Source: an uncultured Thermoleophilaceae bacterium (GTDB taxonomy: Bacteria > Actinomycetota > Thermoleophilia > Solirubrobacterales > Thermoleophilaceae). From it: a DNA stretch of 64,000 nucleotides. Of the stretch, positions 60,785 to 64,000 are shown piece by piece. The position numbers and the translations under genes were made by a program. Position 1 is the stretch's first letter. The number at the start of each line of letters is the position of its first letter. The stretch lies in the NCBI GenBank assembly GCA_963831365.1, contig CAWHPV010000016.1:592-64591 (forward strand). Reading direction: 5' to 3'. The notes under the pieces are model-generated. The model saw only the letters and a program-made list of their open reading frames with translations, made no database searches and was not told the DNA's origin.

Positions 60785-61727
60785 CTATGTCCTCGCCCTC
60801 TCGAGCTCGAGGACCTGGCCCGCGACGTCGAGCGGCGACCTGCCCGTCACGTCGACGAGGTGTACGCCGGCCAGCTTTCGCATCCACGTGAGCTGGCGCT
60901 TCGCGTAGTTGCGCGAGCGCCGCTTCATGGCCTCGAGGTCGCCGCTGAGGAGCTCCTCGTAGCCCAGCGCCTTGCGCGCAGTGGGCGACGCCCCGGCCGC
61001 CTCGGCGCGAAGGACCTCCTGGCGCGCGCCGGCGGAGGCGATCGCGCCTGCACGCGCGTCGATCCGCTCGTAGAGTGACCGCCGCTCCATCGTCAGGCCC
61101 ACGAGCAGCGTCGGCAGGCGCAGCTCTCCCGTCCAGAGCTGCGACTCGGCCGCCACGCCGGCCGACTCGCCCATCTCCACGAGCTCGAGCCGCCTCACGA
61201 CGCGCGCGCGGTCGTTCGGATCCACATCGCGCGCGGCCTCGGGAGCCACCCGAGCCAGCCGCTCATGGAGGCCGGGGACGCCGACCCGGTCCACTTCCCG
61301 CTCCAGCTCCGCTCGGACCGCGGGCTCCGGCGGCGGTCGAAGCTCGAGGTCGCAGAGAGCGGCCCTGAGGTAGAGGCCAGTCCCCCCGACCACGATCGGC
61401 CGCCGGCCCGCGTCCAGCGCCGCGGCGATCTCGGCGTGCGCCCGCGGCATGTACTCGCCCACCGCGTACGTGGCGCTCACCGGTACGCACCCGATGAGGC
61501 GATGCTCGAGCATCCGCCGCTCCGCCTCGCGTCGCGGCGCCCGTGAGCGTCTCGAGGCCCTCGTAGACCTGCAGCGCGTCGGCCGAGATCGCCACAGGAT
61601 CCTCGGACCGCCCCCGCAGGAGGTCCGCGAGCGCCACCGCCACGGCCGTCTTGCCCACGCCCGTGGGGCCGAAGAGCGCGATTACCTCGGCGCGCTCGCC
61701 GATCGGTTCCCGTCCCTCGCCGACGGT
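60785..61727 (-). pseudogene. miaA: tRNA dimethylallyltransferase, single frameshift as assembled; start approximate
   Basis: P-loop LFGPTGVGKTAVA and ISADALQVYEGLETLTGA lie in one frame. PRREAERRMLEHRLIG...VVGGTGLYLRAAL lies in the frame of ORF 60785..61513. The junction is near 61540. Confidence 0.8.
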
Positions 61728-61729
61728 GG

Positions 61730-63054
61730 TCAGGCGACCCGCGACAGGAGCGCCTCGTGCCCGGCCAGGGTCGTGCTCGTGGCCGACTCGATCTCCACGT
61801 CCACGAGCTCCCCGGCCGACGCGGCGCCGTCGAAGTTCACCGTCTTGTTGTGCCGTGTCCTGCCGCGCAGCCGCTCGGCGTCGGTGCGCGAGACGCCCTC
61901 GACGAGCACCTCCATCCGCCGTCCGACGAAGCGCTGCGCGCGCTCGGTGGCGCACCCGCTGCACGGCCTCGACGAGCCGCCCCATGCGCTCGCGCTTGAC
62001 CGGGTGCGGGAGCTGGCCCTCGTGGCCGGCCGCCTCGGTGCCCCGCCGGGGCGAGAAGACGAACGTGAAGGCGGAGTCGTAGCGCACCTCCTCCACGACG
62101 TCGAGCGTGGCCTCGAAGTCGCTCTCCGTCTCCCCCGGGAAGCCGACGATGATGTCGGTGGTGAGCGAGCAGTCGGGGACCAGCTCGCGGATCATCGCGA
62201 CGCGGTCGAGGTAGCGCTGCCGGTCGTAGGTCCGCCGCATCGCCTTCAGCACCCGGCTCGAGCCCGACTGCAGCGGCAGGTGGATGTGCTCGCACAGCGA
62301 GGGCAGCTCGGCGTGCGCCCGGATCACGTCCTCGCGCATGTCCTTTGGGTGCGGGCTCGTGTACCGGATGCGCTCGAGGCCCTCGACGGCGTCCGACCAT
62401 CGCGAGGAGCTCGGCGAAGGTCGCCTTCTCGCCGCGTGGCAGGTCGCGGCCGTAGGAGTTCACGTTCTGCCCGAGCAGCGTGACCTCGCGCACGCCGTCG
62501 GCGGCCAGCCGGTCGAAGCTCGCCGAGCACGTCGTCGGGCGCGCGGCTGACCTCGCGGCCGCGCGTCGAGGGCACGATGCAGTAGGCGCACGCGCAGTTG
62601 CAGCCCACCGAGATCTGGACCCAGCCCTGGAACTCACGCTCCCGCTTCATCGGGAGGTGCCCGGAGAAGCCCTCGAACTCGAAGAACCCCTGCGCGGTGA
62701 GGCTGTCGCTCGTGAGGAACTCCGCGAGCTTCGGGATCTGCCCCGGGCCGAACGCCACGTCCACGAACGGGAACTGCTCGAAAACCTGCTCCTTCATGGA
62801 CTGCGACCAGCACCCGCCGACGCCCGACTACGCGCGCCGGGTCCTCGGCCTTCAGCCGCTTGGCCTCCCCGAGGTGCCCGACGAACCGACTGTCGGCCGA
62901 CTCGCGAATCGAGCAGGTGTTGAAGAGGATGAGATCGGCCTCGTCGCGTGTCGGCCACCTCGGCGATCCCGAGCGACTCGAGCATGCCCTTCATGCGCTC
63001 GGAATCGTGCTCGTTCATCTGGCAGCCGAAGGTGGTCAGGTGATACGTCCTCAC
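61730..63054 (-). pseudogene. miaB: tRNA-2-methylthio-N6-dimethylallyladenosine synthase (radical SAM), frame broken about 6 times as assembled
   Basis: GTG at 63054 ([21 protein letters not shown]). The radical-SAM cluster is [12 protein letters not shown]. Further fragments are [26 protein letters not shown] and the TRAM-domain end VDVEIESATSTTLAG. Confidence 0.8.
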
Positions 63055-63173
63055 GGCAGTCAAAGATACCCGCGGTGATGCGGTCGAACATCCGTCCACC
63101 CGGACGAGTGCCCCGCTCGCGCGCAGCGCCGCGCGCTCCGAGAACGGGCGGGGGGAGACGCCCCATTCCGTCG

Positions 63174-64000
63174 ATGAACGCACGCCATGCCATCCGACTC
63201 GCCGTCGCGCTCGCACTGGCGTTGGTCGCGTGCCTCTCCGCCACCGCCGCCGCGGCGGGCGCAGAGCTCGGTGACCGGAAGCTGAGGCTCGGGATGAAGG
63301 GAAACGACGTGTCCGAGCTGCAGTCGGTGCTCACCGACCTCGAGCTCGAGACCGAAGTCGACGGGCACTTCGGCGAGTCCACCGAGTCCAACCTCGAGCG
63401 CTACGAGGAGCGTGAGTCGCTCTCGGTGAACGGCGTCCTCGCCAAGTGCCAGGCGGCGGACATGCTCTTCGACGCGCGCGGCGAGTCCGACCGACCCCCC
63501 GACTGGGACGCGAGCCGGCTCGGCGAGCGCAAGCTCGGGTGCGGCGACTCGGGCTCCGACGTGGAGCGGCTCCAGCGCCTTCTGACCAAGGTCGGGATCG
63601 ACACGCCCGAGACCGGCTACTTCGGCAAGGAGACCGGGGCCGGCGTCGAAGCGGACGAGCGCCAGCGCGGCTTCTCCGAGAACGGCAGCGTCTCGACGGA
63701 CCACGCACGCGACCTGAAGCAGCGCGCCAAGCACGTCCTCGCGCCCGGCGAGCACGCCTTCCCCGTCGACGGGCCGCACAGCTACGGTGGCGCCGGATCG
63801 CGGTTCGGCGCCCCCCGGTCTGGTCATACGCACCAGGGCCAGGACATCGCGGCGGCCCAGGGCACGCCGCTCGTCTCCGTCCACCACGGGGTCGTGAACA
63901 CCAACCGCTACCAGGCGGGAGGCGCCGGCTTCTACGTCGTTATCCGCGGCGACGACGGCGTCGACTCGGTCTACATGCACATGCGCGAGGCCGGCTTCGT
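63174..64000 (+). CDS. M23-family peptidase with two peptidoglycan-binding (PG_binding_1) repeats; 3' end beyond the window
   Basis: Not in the ORF track because no stop lies in the window. Signal peptide [29 protein letters not shown], then two LxxGxxGxDVxxLQ repeats, then [10 protein letters not shown]...YMHM of the LytM/M23 fold. The frame is intact for all 827 nt. Confidence 0.75.
   Translation, partial: MNARHAIRLAVALALALVACLSATAAAAGAELGDRKLRLGMKGNDVSELQSVLTDLELETEVDGHFGESTESNLERYEERESLSVNGVLAKCQAADMLFDARGESDRPPDWDASRLGERKLGCGDSGSDVERLQRLLTKVGIDTPETGYFGKETGAGVEADERQRGFSENGSVSTDHARDLKQRAKHVLAPGEHAFPVDGPHSYGGAGSRFGAPRSGHTHQGQDIAAAQGTPLVSVHHGVVNTNRYQAGGAGFYVVIRGDDGVDSVYMHMREAGF

Overview
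This is a very GC-rich bacterial chromosome segment with almost no stop codons off-frame, so the ORF track is full of long shadow ORFs. Gene order looks actinobacterial, possibly Thermoleophilia- or Rubrobacteria-like, but that is inference only.

I can support about 75 genes, nearly all housekeeping:
- murA and a translationally coupled hisZ-G-D-B-H-A-F operon, followed by a CCA-type nucleotidyltransferase.
- The tail of the division cluster: pgeF, yggS, sepF, proC, yggT, lspA, rluD.
- rpsB, tsf, pyrH, frr, uppS, cdsA, dxr, rseP, an acyl-CoA ligase, ispG and proS.
- pgsA, an RsiG-like protein, a GarA-like FHA protein and an FtsR-like MerR regulator.
- nadE, ybaK, a WS/DGAT enzyme, dinB, a P450 and a DUF4394 protein.
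- A five-gene murT/gatD operon, then dut, hflX, dapL, dapF, miaA, miaB and an M23 peptidase.

I saw no rRNA, tRNA, CRISPR array, transposase, integrase or phage genes.

The most conspicuous signal is technical or structural rather than a new system. Reading frames are intact over long blocks. They are riddled with single-nucleotide indels, plus at least one in-frame stop, in three sharply bounded patches: about 18.9-21.3 kb, 40.7-45.5 kb and 52.5-63.0 kb. There are also a few isolated sites. The patches hit indispensable genes (tsf, frr, pyrH, uppS, hflX, dut, miaA/B, dapF). Local low-quality consensus is therefore the leading explanation, and every fusion or pseudogene call here is suspect.

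Biological items worth follow-up:
- An 85-aa single-motif RsiG-like candidate c-di-GMP anti-sigma factor.
- A zinc-ribbon GarA/OdhI-like FHA protein paired with an FtsR-like regulator.
- A membrane-tethered sigma-region-4 HTH fused to an RskA-like ectodomain.
- An in-frame Dxr-RseP fusion ORF.
- A methyltransferase wedged between murT and gatD by 4-nt overlaps.
- Structured leaders upstream of two cell-wall hydrolase genes and upstream of proS.

Product names come from motif recognition without any database search. Frameshift positions are hand-located, good to about +/-10 nt.
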